Source: Bacteroidales bacterium
GTDB taxonomy: Bacteria > Bacteroidota > Bacteroidia > Bacteroidales > UBA12077
Assembly: GCA_028282585.1 (NCBI GenBank)
Contig: JANQHR010000102.1
Coordinates: 41,735 to 105,734 of the forward strand
Length of the DNA stretch: 64,000 nucleotides
Reading direction: 5' to 3'
Shown: positions 8,976 through 18,243 of the stretch, piece after piece
Position numbering within the stretch: position 1 is the stretch's first letter
Layout of the letters: the number at the start of each line of letters is the position of its first letter
Made by a program: the position numbers and the translations under genes
Notes under the pieces: generated by a model
What the model was told of the DNA's origin: nothing
Seen by the model: only the letters and a program-made list of their open reading frames with translations
Database searches by the model: none

Positions 8976-11900
8976 TTAAAATGATAAATTTAAGCCAAAT
9001 GTAAATGTTCTTAATTGAGGGTACCTGTTATCCGTAGTACCCGAAATGTTAACCTCTGGATCTAGTCCCTGTGTACCAAAAAAAGTAAGTAAATTATCGC
9101 CACTTACGTAAACACGAACTCTTTCTAAGTTAGCCTTCGCTAATAAACTTGACGGTAATGTATATCCAAGTGTTACATTTCTTAATCTCATATAAGTTGC
9201 ATCGACTAAATATCTTGATGATCTTGAATTTGCATTAGTTGCATTTGCATCCATTCTTGGGATATCTGATGTTGTGTTTTCAGGTGTCCAAGCATCTAAT
9301 AAATCAACAGACATATTACCTCCATATCTTAAACCTGCATGAGTAAGTTGCTGGTAATCATAATCTATGATTTTACCACCTATACTATAAAATAAGAACA
9401 CAGAAAGGTCGAATCCTTTATAACTGATATTATTTGTTATACCTCCGTATAAGTCGGGTAATGAAGTTCCAACATAATAACGAGTTGATTCAGAATAAAT
9501 ATCTGTTGTTTCTCTACCAGTAACAATAGGTTCTCCATTTTCGTCTAAGACTAAGTCTCCACTTCCATCTTCCTGGTAAATATCTTTATACCATAAAGAA
9601 TTACCTGTTACATCATCTACACCTGCAAATTCTCTAATAAAGAAATCGTTTACAGAACGACCTTCAGCTAACTGTTTAGAACCAACAATAATTTCCGGTG
9701 TTCTTTCTGGCATTTTTGTAATTTCATTTTTGTAGTGAGTAAAATTCAAGTCCAAAATCCAGTTAAAATCTTTTTTAGTAATTATAGCTGCACTCAAAGT
9801 ACCGTCAAAACCAACATTTTTCATATCAGCTACATTTTCATCTATAGATTCAACTCCTGTTGAATTTGGTAACGGCCGTGCAAATAGCATATCCTCAACA
9901 TTTCTTCTAAAGTAATCGACTTCAATATTAAATCGATTTAAAAAACCAACTTCTAATCCGATATTGGTAGTTTTACTTACCTCCCAAGAAATTCTTTCAT
10001 TAGCTAACTTATATACTAATAAACCTGGGTCTGTTAAATTATCATGTCCTGTTTCATATAATCCCTGATAAGCATAATAGTTTTCCATATTAACATCATT
10101 TAAAAGCCGATCATTTCCTAATGTACCATAACTAGCTTTAAGTTTTAAATTGCTTAACCAGTCGAAAGATGACATGAATGCTTCTTCAGAAATTCTCCAG
10201 GATCCGCCAACTGACCAGAAATTACCCCATCGATAATCCGGATGGAAACGCGAAGAGCCATCTCGCCTATAACTAGCTGATATATAATATCTACCAGCAT
10301 AATCATACTCAGCTCTTCCTAAATAACCCTCAATACGATGGTCTTCTTCATATGATCTAGATGATTGCGTTGCAGCTGCTGCATCTAATTCTTCAAGTCC
10401 TGAAAAAGGAAATGCAGATCTTGAAGTTAATAGAAAATTGTATCTGTACATATATGCTTCATGTCCTGCTAATAAACTAAAATTATGATTGTCAATAGAT
10501 TTCTCATATGTTAACAATTTATTGAAAGTATATGCTTCCGTTCTATTTCTTGCCTTTTCGCTAAGTCCTCCATATGAAACTGCGAAACCAAAGTCTGGAT
10601 TATTATACTCATGACTACTATAAATATAATAATCATAGCTAAAGTTTGTTTTAAACTTTAATCCTTCAATTATATCAAATTCACCATAAGTTCTCAACGA
10701 AACATTATCTCTTTCATATAATCTATTATCTAAATCTGCACTACCTAATACATTTGTGTTTGGATATGCATCTGTTGGTCTTGGAGCTCGTCCGTCTTGA
10801 TCACCCTCCATACCATAATCATATATTTTATTACCATTATCATCTGTAATAAAAGTACCATCATCGTTTCTTAAATATACAGGGTAAATTGGAGCCATAT
10901 TACGTCCAAACTGAATCATATTAGAATAGCTACTACCTTCTGTTGTTGGATAATTTTGATCCGAAGTTGATCCGGCAAAATTAACTCCAGCTTTGAACCA
11001 ATCATTTACTCTTTTATCCAGATTAACACGAGCGTTAAATCTTTCAAAATCAGAAACTGGAACAATACCTTCATTTAAAAGATAACCTAATGACATGAAA
11101 TAAGTTGTTGTTTCATCTCCACCACTAATATCAAACAAATATTCCTGCCTTTTTCCTGTACTTAAAACCTCGTCCATCCAGTCAGTATCCCAAAGTAATT
11201 CAGCACCATTAACAATATTTCCGTCTGTTCCTACAGGATTATCAACATTATATGGATTATAAACCAAAGTTGTAATAAGATTATCTGTAGCCCATTGTTC
11301 CGGGTCAGTTCTTCCATCAGCTTCTGCTTTATTCCTAATTGCCGTCCAAGTTAATTTACTGTAATCCTCAGCACCAACAGTATTATAGTCTTCAACAGCT
11401 TTTGAACTAATACCATAAGATGCTTTGAAATTAACCTTTGCTTTTCCTTTTTCACCTTTCTTTGTAGTAATCATAATAACACCATTAGCTCCTCTTGATC
11501 CGTAAAGAGCAGTTGCATTTGCATCTTTTAAAACACTCATGTTTGCTATGTCTGCTGGATTTATTGAATTAATATTACCTTGAAAAGGCACACCATCTAC
11601 AACATATAATGGATCACTTGATGCATTAATAGACCCAATACCACGAATACGAATTGTAGCATTTTCTCCAGGCTGACCAGTACTAGAAACAACTTGCACA
11701 CCTGCTGCATTACCTTGCAATGCGCTTGACACAGATGTTGTAGATAGTTTTTCAATTTTTTCTGTTTTTATTGTTGCAGCAGAACCTGTAAAAGAAGATT
11801 TTTTTGTAGTACCATAAGCAATTACTACAACTTCATCCATTTCCAGTACCTCATCCTGCATAACAACATCAATAACAGATCTACCATTAATCAGTTGCTC

Positions 11901-12140
11901 CTGTACCACCATTCCAACGAAACTAAAAATTAAAGCTTCAGTATCGCTTGGAACAGTTAAAGTAAATTTACCATCAATATCTGTGGTTGTTCCTATTGTG
12001 GCATTGCCCTTAACAACAACCGACGCGCCAGGAATAGATAACCCGTCAGCACCAGTTACCGTACCTGAGATTTGCATTTGTGCCATTGCTGTAAATCCAG
12101 CAAATAACAACAATGCAAGAAAGATCGTCAATTTTTTCAT
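8976..12140 (-). CDS. SusC/RagA family TonB-dependent transporter
   Basis: Signal peptide, N-terminal extension domain, IRIRGIGS..DPLYVVDG..VLKDANATALYGSRGANGVIMITTKKG plug, C-terminal FGLNLSF. Confidence 0.96.
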   Translation of the reverse strand: MKKLTIFLALLLFAGFTAMAQMQISGTVTGADGLSIPGASVVVKGNATIGTTTDIDGKFTLTVPSDTEALIFSFVGMVVQEQLINGRSVIDVVMQDEVLEMDEVVVIAYGTTKKSSFTGSAATIKTEKIEKLSTTSVSSALQGNAAGVQVVSSTGQPGENATIRIRGIGSINASSDPLYVVDGVPFQGNINSINPADIANMSVLKDANATALYGSRGANGVIMITTKKGEKGKAKVNFKASYGISSKAVEDYNTVGAEDYSKLTWTAIRNKAEADGRTDPEQWATDNLITTLVYNPYNVDNPVGTDGNIVNGAELLWDTDWMDEVLSTGKRQEYLFDISGGDETTTYFMSLGYLLNEGIVPVSDFERFNARVNLDKRVNDWFKAGVNFAGSTSDQNYPTTEGSSYSNMIQFGRNMAPIYPVYLRNDDGTFITDDNGNKIYDYGMEGDQDGRAPRPTDAYPNTNVLGSADLDNRLYERDNVSLRTYGEFDIIEGLKFKTNFSYDYYIYSSHEYNNPDFGFAVSYGGLSEKARNRTEAYTFNKLLTYEKSIDNHNFSLLAGHEAYMYRYNFLLTSRSAFPFSGLEELDAAAATQSSRSYEEDHRIEGYLGRAEYDYAGRYYISASYRRDGSSRFHPDYRWGNFWSVGGSWRISEEAFMSSFDWLSNLKLKASYGTLGNDRLLNDVNMENYYAYQGLYETGHDNLTDPGLLVYKLANERISWEVSKTTNIGLEVGFLNRFNIEVDYFRRNVEDMLFARPLPNSTGVESIDENVADMKNVGFDGTLSAAIITKKDFNWILDLNFTHYKNEITKMPERTPEIIVGSKQLAEGRSVNDFFIREFAGVDDVTGNSLWYKDIYQEDGSGDLVLDENGEPIVTGRETTDIYSESTRYYVGTSLPDLYGGITNNISYKGFDLSVFLFYSIGGKIIDYDYQQLTHAGLRYGGNMSVDLLDAWTPENTTSDIPRMDANATNANSRSSRYLVDATYMRLRNVTLGYTLPSSLLAKANLERVRVYVSGDNLLTFFGTQGLDPEVNISGTTDNRYPQLRTFTFGLNLSF

Positions 12141-12291
12141 AAATTAAAATTTTAGGTTCATAAATAGTTATTAAAAAATATTCATTCGGCTAAAATAAAA
12201 AAAAATAAATAAAAATTGCAATAAGGCAAATAAAATCAGCACTTTTTTAAATATAAGTGGCATAAATATTTATCGAGAATCAAAAAAAATA

Positions 12292-12355
12292 ATTATTGAT
12301 AGTCGAAAACTATTATTATTGATAGTCGAAAACTATTATTATTGATAGTCGAAAA
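12292..12355. repeat. Tandem repeat, ~3 x 23 bp (tattattattgatagtcgaaaac)
   Basis: Copies at 12292-12310 (partial), 12311-12333 and 12334-12355, head-to-tail with no spacers. Confidence 0.9.
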
Positions 12356-12443
12356 TGCTATCCTGAATTATTAATTTTTTTTATATATACTAATAACTAT
12401 TTAATCTAACAGCAAAAAAAGTGGGGAGTCAATGAAAATAAAA

Positions 12444-12601
12444 ATTTGCCACTAACCTATCTAACCATAGAAAACCTGCCTGTTCGGTAAACAGGTTAAG
12501 CGGCAGGTGAAAACACTCAAACTCAAAAGTTCACAAAAATTTAATAGTCAACACATTATAATTTTGCGAGGTTTTATGCTTTTGTGTCTACGTATCGAAA
12601 A
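12444..12601. repeat. Decayed REP-like or inverted-repeat element with a nested cctgcc...ggcagg hairpin
   Basis: acctgcc-tgttcggtaaacagg-ttaagc-ggcaggt at 12474-12508, flanked by the imperfect arms aaacactcaaactcaaaagttcacaaaa and ttttgcgaggttttatgcttttgtgt. Confidence 0.4.
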
Positions 12602-12779
12602 TCAATATTTTAAAGGGTTCTCTTTTATTAAATAGCCTAATACCTAATCATACTCTAAGATAAACACTAGTATTTGTAACCAATTATCCATTCAAACCCT
12701 GATCAGAAATCTCCTGTTTTCATGCTCAACATTTACTTGACATTTAAATCAACGCTAATGCTTTTTCCTCTAATTTGAC

Positions 12780-13193
12780 CTGATTTAGTTGTAATAACAA
12801 CAATTCGCATATCTAATTAATGTAAAAGCCATATTTAATGGTAAATGCTCCTACCGCTATATTTCTTGTATACTAGAACGTGTTCTGACTTATCTACAAT
12901 GGTAAATTTTCTTTCGGAGAAAATACCTATGTGCCTATATCAATTGTAGTGTTCAAGGCACGTAAATCATCCGTTAAAAGTGCTAAATTTACTTCGCTAT
13001 CAACCGTTTAGAACTAACTCTTTCAATTGATTCCATCTAATTTTCGGAAATAGCCTTACTATTATACAAAAAACTAACGGTTAGTGTATTTTACCTTCAT
13101 CAATACTATCTTTAATAGTGAATCAGTAAAAGTTCCATATCTAAATACTCTCTTGTAATATCTTCTGGTATAATATTTTATTTTACAGGTTCT
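12780..13193 (-). pseudogene. Degenerate second copy of the cysN 5' half
   Basis: The minus strand from 13171 reads IPEDITREYLDMELL versus MSEDITKGYLDMELL of intact cysN. gtaaaagttccatatctaaata is shared with 5092-5113, and colinear similarity continues to at least 12780 with indels and stops. The start ATG has become ATA. Confidence 0.85.
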
Positions 13194-13290
13194 TTATTTG
13201 AAGAATCTATAACTGTAATATTTTTTCTATTGTTTTTGCATAAATAAGTCGTTTTATTGTTAACTTATTTCACGACGGGACAGTAAAAGA

Positions 13291-13318
13291 AAAAGCCAGG
13301 CATTATATCCTGGCTTTT
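13291..13318. terminator. Intrinsic terminator after the second susD
   Basis: aaaagccagg-cattatat-cctggctttt perfect stem. Confidence 0.75.
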
Positions 13319-13337
13319 AATATCATTGTTTAAAAAA

Positions 13338-14729
13338 CTATTCTGCCCACCATACAGGTACAGTTAGATCTGTTATTGATGTAATGTTAGGGTTGTATAA
13401 TCTTTCGTTAAGTGTTGTTGGGTATCTCTCAGGTACTTGGTTTATTGCACCTCTTGGATCTGAAGTTAATACAGGATATCCTGTTCTTCTATAATCACTC
13501 CATACTTCAGGTTGTGTAAACATGGCAATATACTTCTGCGTCATTATTGTTTCCAGCGTAATAGTAGCTGCAGTCTCAGAAGCTACATTTGTAATAAACG
13601 CTGCATCAGGAGCAGAACCTGTAAAAAACTCAACCGAAGCAATAACTGCATCATTAAATGCTGCTGCAGCTCTAGGATCATCATTACTTCTTAAAGCGGC
13701 TTCAGCTTCTATAAACTTAGCTTCGAAGTAAGTTAAAAGAGGGAAAGCCTGAGCGTCAGCCATAACCCAAGTACCAAAATTAGAAGCAGCGGCATTATCT
13801 TCATTAATATCACTACCAACAAATGTACCACCTCCTAAATCAGCAAAATAATAAGGTAAACGAGGGTCATTTTGTGCAATCATCATATTTACAAGAGTAG
13901 CACCAGCTCTCATATAACCACGGTTATTCTGAAATGCCTGCCATTGGTTTAAATCAGTCGAAGCATTTCCAGTAGGTGCTAATGTATTATCAGCATTTCC
14001 ATCTAAACCTGCAGCGTAAGCCTGATCAAGATAACTTAAAGCATCAGTAGCAGATCCGGTAGCATCACGATTACTCAATCGATTTGCATATCTTGCTTTC
14101 AAAATCCATGCTCCTATCTCCCACATCTCAACATCTCCACCATGTATAACATCATCTTCTAATGGTGTAAATGCATTCGCAGAAGCATCCATTTGAAAAT
14201 CTGCAATCGCATCTGTACATAACTGTTGTATTGCTGCAATAATACTTTCCTGCGCGTCAGCAGCAGGTGCTGTAACTCCGTCTCTTCCATCGAAAGCTTC
14301 CGAAAAAGGAACATCTCCCCAAAAATCTGTCACCATGCCTATTCCTAATGCTTTTAGCATCTTTGCCATACCTCCATAATAAGGATTTTCTTCAGCATAA
14401 GTAGCTTCTAAAAAATCAGCTGTTTCCAGTAAATCTGTATATAATCCGTTCCATTCATTACCAACAGTATTTTCCGTCATTCCATATAATTGATAATCAT
14501 CTTTAGATTGATCAGTAACACCAGCCGATTGTTGAACGAATATTGAAGCCGCTCTTGCTGATTGACTTGTATATGCGAATATTGTTGCAGCTTCAGCAGC
14601 AGTTAACAATACTCCGGGAGTAACATTTGTGGGTGAGTTTGGACTATCATCGTAGCCGTCAACAAAATCCTCACAACTCGTTCCAAATAAAACAAGTAAT
14701 GTTATTAATAATATATATATTTTTTTCAT
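13338..14729 (-). CDS. SusD/RagB family lipoprotein (different subfamily from the first)
   Basis: Lipobox GTSC followed by EDF; DFWGDVPFSEA, YFEAKFIEAEAA, QKYIAMFTQPEVWSDYRRTGYP, C-terminal PVWW. Confidence 0.93.
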   Translation of the reverse strand: MKKIYILLITLLVLFGTSCEDFVDGYDDSPNSPTNVTPGVLLTAAEAATIFAYTSQSARAASIFVQQSAGVTDQSKDDYQLYGMTENTVGNEWNGLYTDLLETADFLEATYAEENPYYGGMAKMLKALGIGMVTDFWGDVPFSEAFDGRDGVTAPAADAQESIIAAIQQLCTDAIADFQMDASANAFTPLEDDVIHGGDVEMWEIGAWILKARYANRLSNRDATGSATDALSYLDQAYAAGLDGNADNTLAPTGNASTDLNQWQAFQNNRGYMRAGATLVNMMIAQNDPRLPYYFADLGGGTFVGSDINEDNAAASNFGTWVMADAQAFPLLTYFEAKFIEAEAALRSNDDPRAAAAFNDAVIASVEFFTGSAPDAAFITNVASETAATITLETIMTQKYIAMFTQPEVWSDYRRTGYPVLTSDPRGAINQVPERYPTTLNERLYNPNITSITDLTVPVWWAE

Positions 14730-14756
14730 ATTCTAATGTTTTTTATTAATTATATT

Positions 14757-17700
14757 TTAGAATCCTACTTTTATACCAAATGAATAGGACTTAGACCCTG
14801 GGTTATTAAAGTAATCAAAACCACCAATATTAGATCCGGCACCAGTTAAGCTAGTTTCAGGATCAACTCCAGGATAATCCGTACTTAACCATAGGTTAGT
14901 TCCTGAAAATGTTAGTTCTACATAGTCTAATAAAGGAATCTTATCACTCTTATTTTTAAATCTATAACTTGCAGCCACTTCTCTTAATCTAACCCAAGAA
15001 CCATCTAAAACAGAATTTTCAGTTGCTCCACCATCACCTAAATAAGAATGCCAGTATACATCAGCTGGAATATCCATGCCATTAGCAACACCAGTTCCTA
15101 TAGGATCTCCATCTTCATTTCTAACTAGATTTCCAGAACCATCTACTTCAGCTAATACTCCTGGTACTATATATGTTCCTTCTCTATCTTCCGTTTCTTT
15201 TTCACGTCCATAGGTTTTCAATCTCCTACCTGTTCCGTACCAAACATCTCCACCTTGTCGAATATCTAATAATGCTGTAACTGAGAATCCTTTATACGTA
15301 ATTGTATTTCTTAAACCTAGCAACCAATCTGGGAAAGGATTTCCTAAATTTCCTTCTTGTCCGGCTTGTAATGGAAGTCCATTATTTGGATTAATAATAA
15401 TATTTCCATTATCATCTCTTGCCCAACGAGAACCATAGAATGAACCGTAAGGTTGTCCTACAATAGCATAAGAACCAATACTTGTAAATGCTGATTCTGC
15501 AGATACTTCTTCAACACCATCGGCAAGTTTTAAAACTTCACTTTCATTCCTACTAAAGTTCGCTGTAAAGTTCCAAGTCAAATCATTCATTTTTAAAATA
15601 TCAACTCCTGCTACTAACTCTATACCTTTGTTAACCATTTCTCCAGCATTAGAATAAATAGAAGTATATCCAGATGAGCCAGCTATTGGTCTATTTAACA
15701 GAATGTCAACTGTTTTTTGGTTATAATAAGTAAAATCAATATTTACTCTACCATTAAAGAATCTTAAGTCAACACCTACTTCATTACCAATTACTTTTTC
15801 TGGTTTCAAATCAGGATCACCCATTGAAGTTCCATAGCTATATCCGTTTTGTCCCAAAAATGGAAATCCGAATCCGTCAGTAAATCCATCTGTCATTGTT
15901 GGATTACCAAAATAAGTTCTTGATGAATATACAGGAGGTGCTTTACCTACTTGTGCATATGCATATCTAAGTTTACCGAAAGTTAAAATACTATTTTCTG
16001 GTAACAATTCAGAGAACAGTAAAGATACACTTGCAGAAGGGTAGAAGAAACTATTTTGGTTAGGTCCAAAAGTTGATGACCATTCATTTCTTCCTGTGGC
16101 TCCAAAGAATAGGAAATTATCATACGAAGCAGTTAAATCGAAATATACAGCAGATGTTCTAATCGTACTTGCATATTCACTAGCGTACGTATCTAATCCA
16201 TTATCAAGATTATAATAATCTTTTAAAACCAGCTCTCTAGCATACGCATAAAAATCAGAATAAGTTCTTTGATTTAAGTTACCACCAACATTTAATCCAG
16301 CTTCTATTTTGTCTGTAAAATCGTGCTTAGCACCTATTATTACATCCTGGTTAAACTCTTCATTTGTAATAGTGTTATGGTAAACTTCACCTTCTCCATA
16401 ATTATTACCCATTGCTCCAATTGCAAATGCTCCTTCCCTTTCATCCGAATAAGCATCAGCACCAACTTTGTATGTTGCAGCTAACCATTCTGTTATATCA
16501 TAGTCAAGCGTAACACTTGCCATAATTCTATTAAGGTCATTTTCCAAAGGATTTTCGTAAGCAGAAAAATATGGATTATCATAAATGAAATAATACATTC
16601 TTTGCTGTCCATTTGGAAATTTATAACCGTTCTCAGCATCATTCAAATTAAAACTAGCAGGTGCTCTAAAAAGTCCTAATGATATACCTGAAATATTACT
16701 TCCGTTCTGCGCTCTGTTACCACCTGAATTTGTGTACGCAACAGTTGCTGATGTTCTAAACTTATCTGTAAATTTCTGGTTAATCGAAACTCTTGCGGTA
16801 GTTCTCTTGAAATAAGTATTAGGAATAATACCTTCATCGTCTAAATGACTTAAGCTTAATCTCATTGTAGTTTTATCCGAACCTCCAGAGATTGAAATAC
16901 TATGACGTTCTCCTACACCTGTTTGAAAGAATTCCTCAACGTTTTTTGTTGGTGTCATACCCATTTCAGCAAATGTTGGTCCCCAACTATATGTTGTACC
17001 AATTGATACATCATCGCCTCCACCAATATCATTAATACCATTTGGTCCAAAATCAGGAGGTGCAATATATGTGGCTGTAGACTGATCATCACCTGCCCAT
17101 GTACCTGCAACATACTTATATTGGAATTCAGGTAATTTATTTACTTCTGATATTTTAACGTTATAGCTATAGTCAACCTTAACTTTACCTGCTTGTCCTT
17201 TTTTAGTTGTATACACAATCGCTCCGTTACCAGCTCTTACACCATAAAGTGCAGCAGCAGCAGGACCTTTCAAGATTGTTACAGACTCAATATCTTCAGG
17301 GTTAATATCTAATGCTCTATTACCAGCATTTACACCTTGTAAGTTAGAGTTAAACGGGTAATTTCCTGGTGCAGATTGAGTTGTTGAGTTATCAATAGGA
17401 ACACCATCAACCACAATTAACGGTTGGTTGCTTGTTGTAAAAGAAGACGCTCCACGAATCAGTATTCTACTTGACGCACCTGGAGTTCCTCCTGAACTTA
17501 CTACCTGCACTCCGGCTGACTTCGAAGATAATGACTGAATCACATTAGCTTCTCCAACTCTGCTAAGCTCATCACCAGAAACACCTTGAGCAGAATATCC
17601 CAGAGCCTTCCTTTCCCTTGAAATACCAATTGCAGTTACAACAACTTCATCCATTTCCAACACTTCTGATTCTAGCTGAACATCAATTGTTGTGCGACCA

Positions 17701-17957
17701 TTAATAAGTACTTCTGTTGTTTTCATACCAACGAAACTAATAATCAAAGCTTCAGTTCCACTTGGTACTGTTAAAGAATACTCTCCATCCATATTAGTTG
17801 TAGTACCTATAGAGGTATTTCCTTTAACTACTACGGATGCACCAGGTATAGATAAACCGTCTTCAGCGCCGGTTACTGTACCTGAGATCTGCATTTGTGC
17901 TTGTACAGTAAAACCAACACACAGCAAAAATGCAAGAAAAATTGTTAATTTCTTCAT
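14757..17957 (-). CDS. SusC/RagA family TonB-dependent transporter
   Basis: Start set at MKKLTIFLAF (17957) by comparison with the paralog; NRALDINPEDIESVTILKGPAAAALYGVRAGNGAIVYTTKKG plug; C-terminal GIKVGF. Confidence 0.96.
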   Translation of the reverse strand: MKKLTIFLAFLLCVGFTVQAQMQISGTVTGAEDGLSIPGASVVVKGNTSIGTTTNMDGEYSLTVPSGTEALIISFVGMKTTEVLINGRTTIDVQLESEVLEMDEVVVTAIGISRERKALGYSAQGVSGDELSRVGEANVIQSLSSKSAGVQVVSSGGTPGASSRILIRGASSFTTSNQPLIVVDGVPIDNSTTQSAPGNYPFNSNLQGVNAGNRALDINPEDIESVTILKGPAAAALYGVRAGNGAIVYTTKKGQAGKVKVDYSYNVKISEVNKLPEFQYKYVAGTWAGDDQSTATYIAPPDFGPNGINDIGGGDDVSIGTTYSWGPTFAEMGMTPTKNVEEFFQTGVGERHSISISGGSDKTTMRLSLSHLDDEGIIPNTYFKRTTARVSINQKFTDKFRTSATVAYTNSGGNRAQNGSNISGISLGLFRAPASFNLNDAENGYKFPNGQQRMYYFIYDNPYFSAYENPLENDLNRIMASVTLDYDITEWLAATYKVGADAYSDEREGAFAIGAMGNNYGEGEVYHNTITNEEFNQDVIIGAKHDFTDKIEAGLNVGGNLNQRTYSDFYAYARELVLKDYYNLDNGLDTYASEYASTIRTSAVYFDLTASYDNFLFFGATGRNEWSSTFGPNQNSFFYPSASVSLLFSELLPENSILTFGKLRYAYAQVGKAPPVYSSRTYFGNPTMTDGFTDGFGFPFLGQNGYSYGTSMGDPDLKPEKVIGNEVGVDLRFFNGRVNIDFTYYNQKTVDILLNRPIAGSSGYTSIYSNAGEMVNKGIELVAGVDILKMNDLTWNFTANFSRNESEVLKLADGVEEVSAESAFTSIGSYAIVGQPYGSFYGSRWARDDNGNIIINPNNGLPLQAGQEGNLGNPFPDWLLGLRNTITYKGFSVTALLDIRQGGDVWYGTGRRLKTYGREKETEDREGTYIVPGVLAEVDGSGNLVRNEDGDPIGTGVANGMDIPADVYWHSYLGDGGATENSVLDGSWVRLREVAASYRFKNKSDKIPLLDYVELTFSGTNLWLSTDYPGVDPETSLTGAGSNIGGFDYFNNPGSKSYSFGIKVGF

Positions 17958-18156
17958 AGATAAAAATTTTAGGTTCATAAATAGTTAATATATATAAATA
18001 TTCTTCAGCGCTAATGTATAAAAAAAATAGAATAAACAAAAAAAACTGGCATTAATAAACTTAACTTTTTTTAACAATAATCAACATTTTACAACACTTT
18101 TTATTAAAATTCAATAAATTTTCTGCATTATATTTTATCGTTTTAAGATAAAAGAA

Positions 18157-18189
18157 TAATGCCCGAAATATAAGTTGTTTCGGGCATTA
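18157..18189. terminator. Stem-loop downstream of ftcD
   Basis: taatgcccgaaa-tataagttg-tttcgggcatta. Confidence 0.65.
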
Positions 18190-18243
18190 CATGAAATTAA
18201 TGTTAAGAAAATCTTATGAGAGATATTTCTTTGTTATTTATTA

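Noticed and set aside
12292-12355. Possible CRISPR array
   Set aside because: Units are directly adjacent with no unique spacers, and no cas genes are in the window.
12146-17987. Invertible susC shufflon
   Set aside because: The shared sequences are direct, not inverted, and no site-specific recombinase is in the window.
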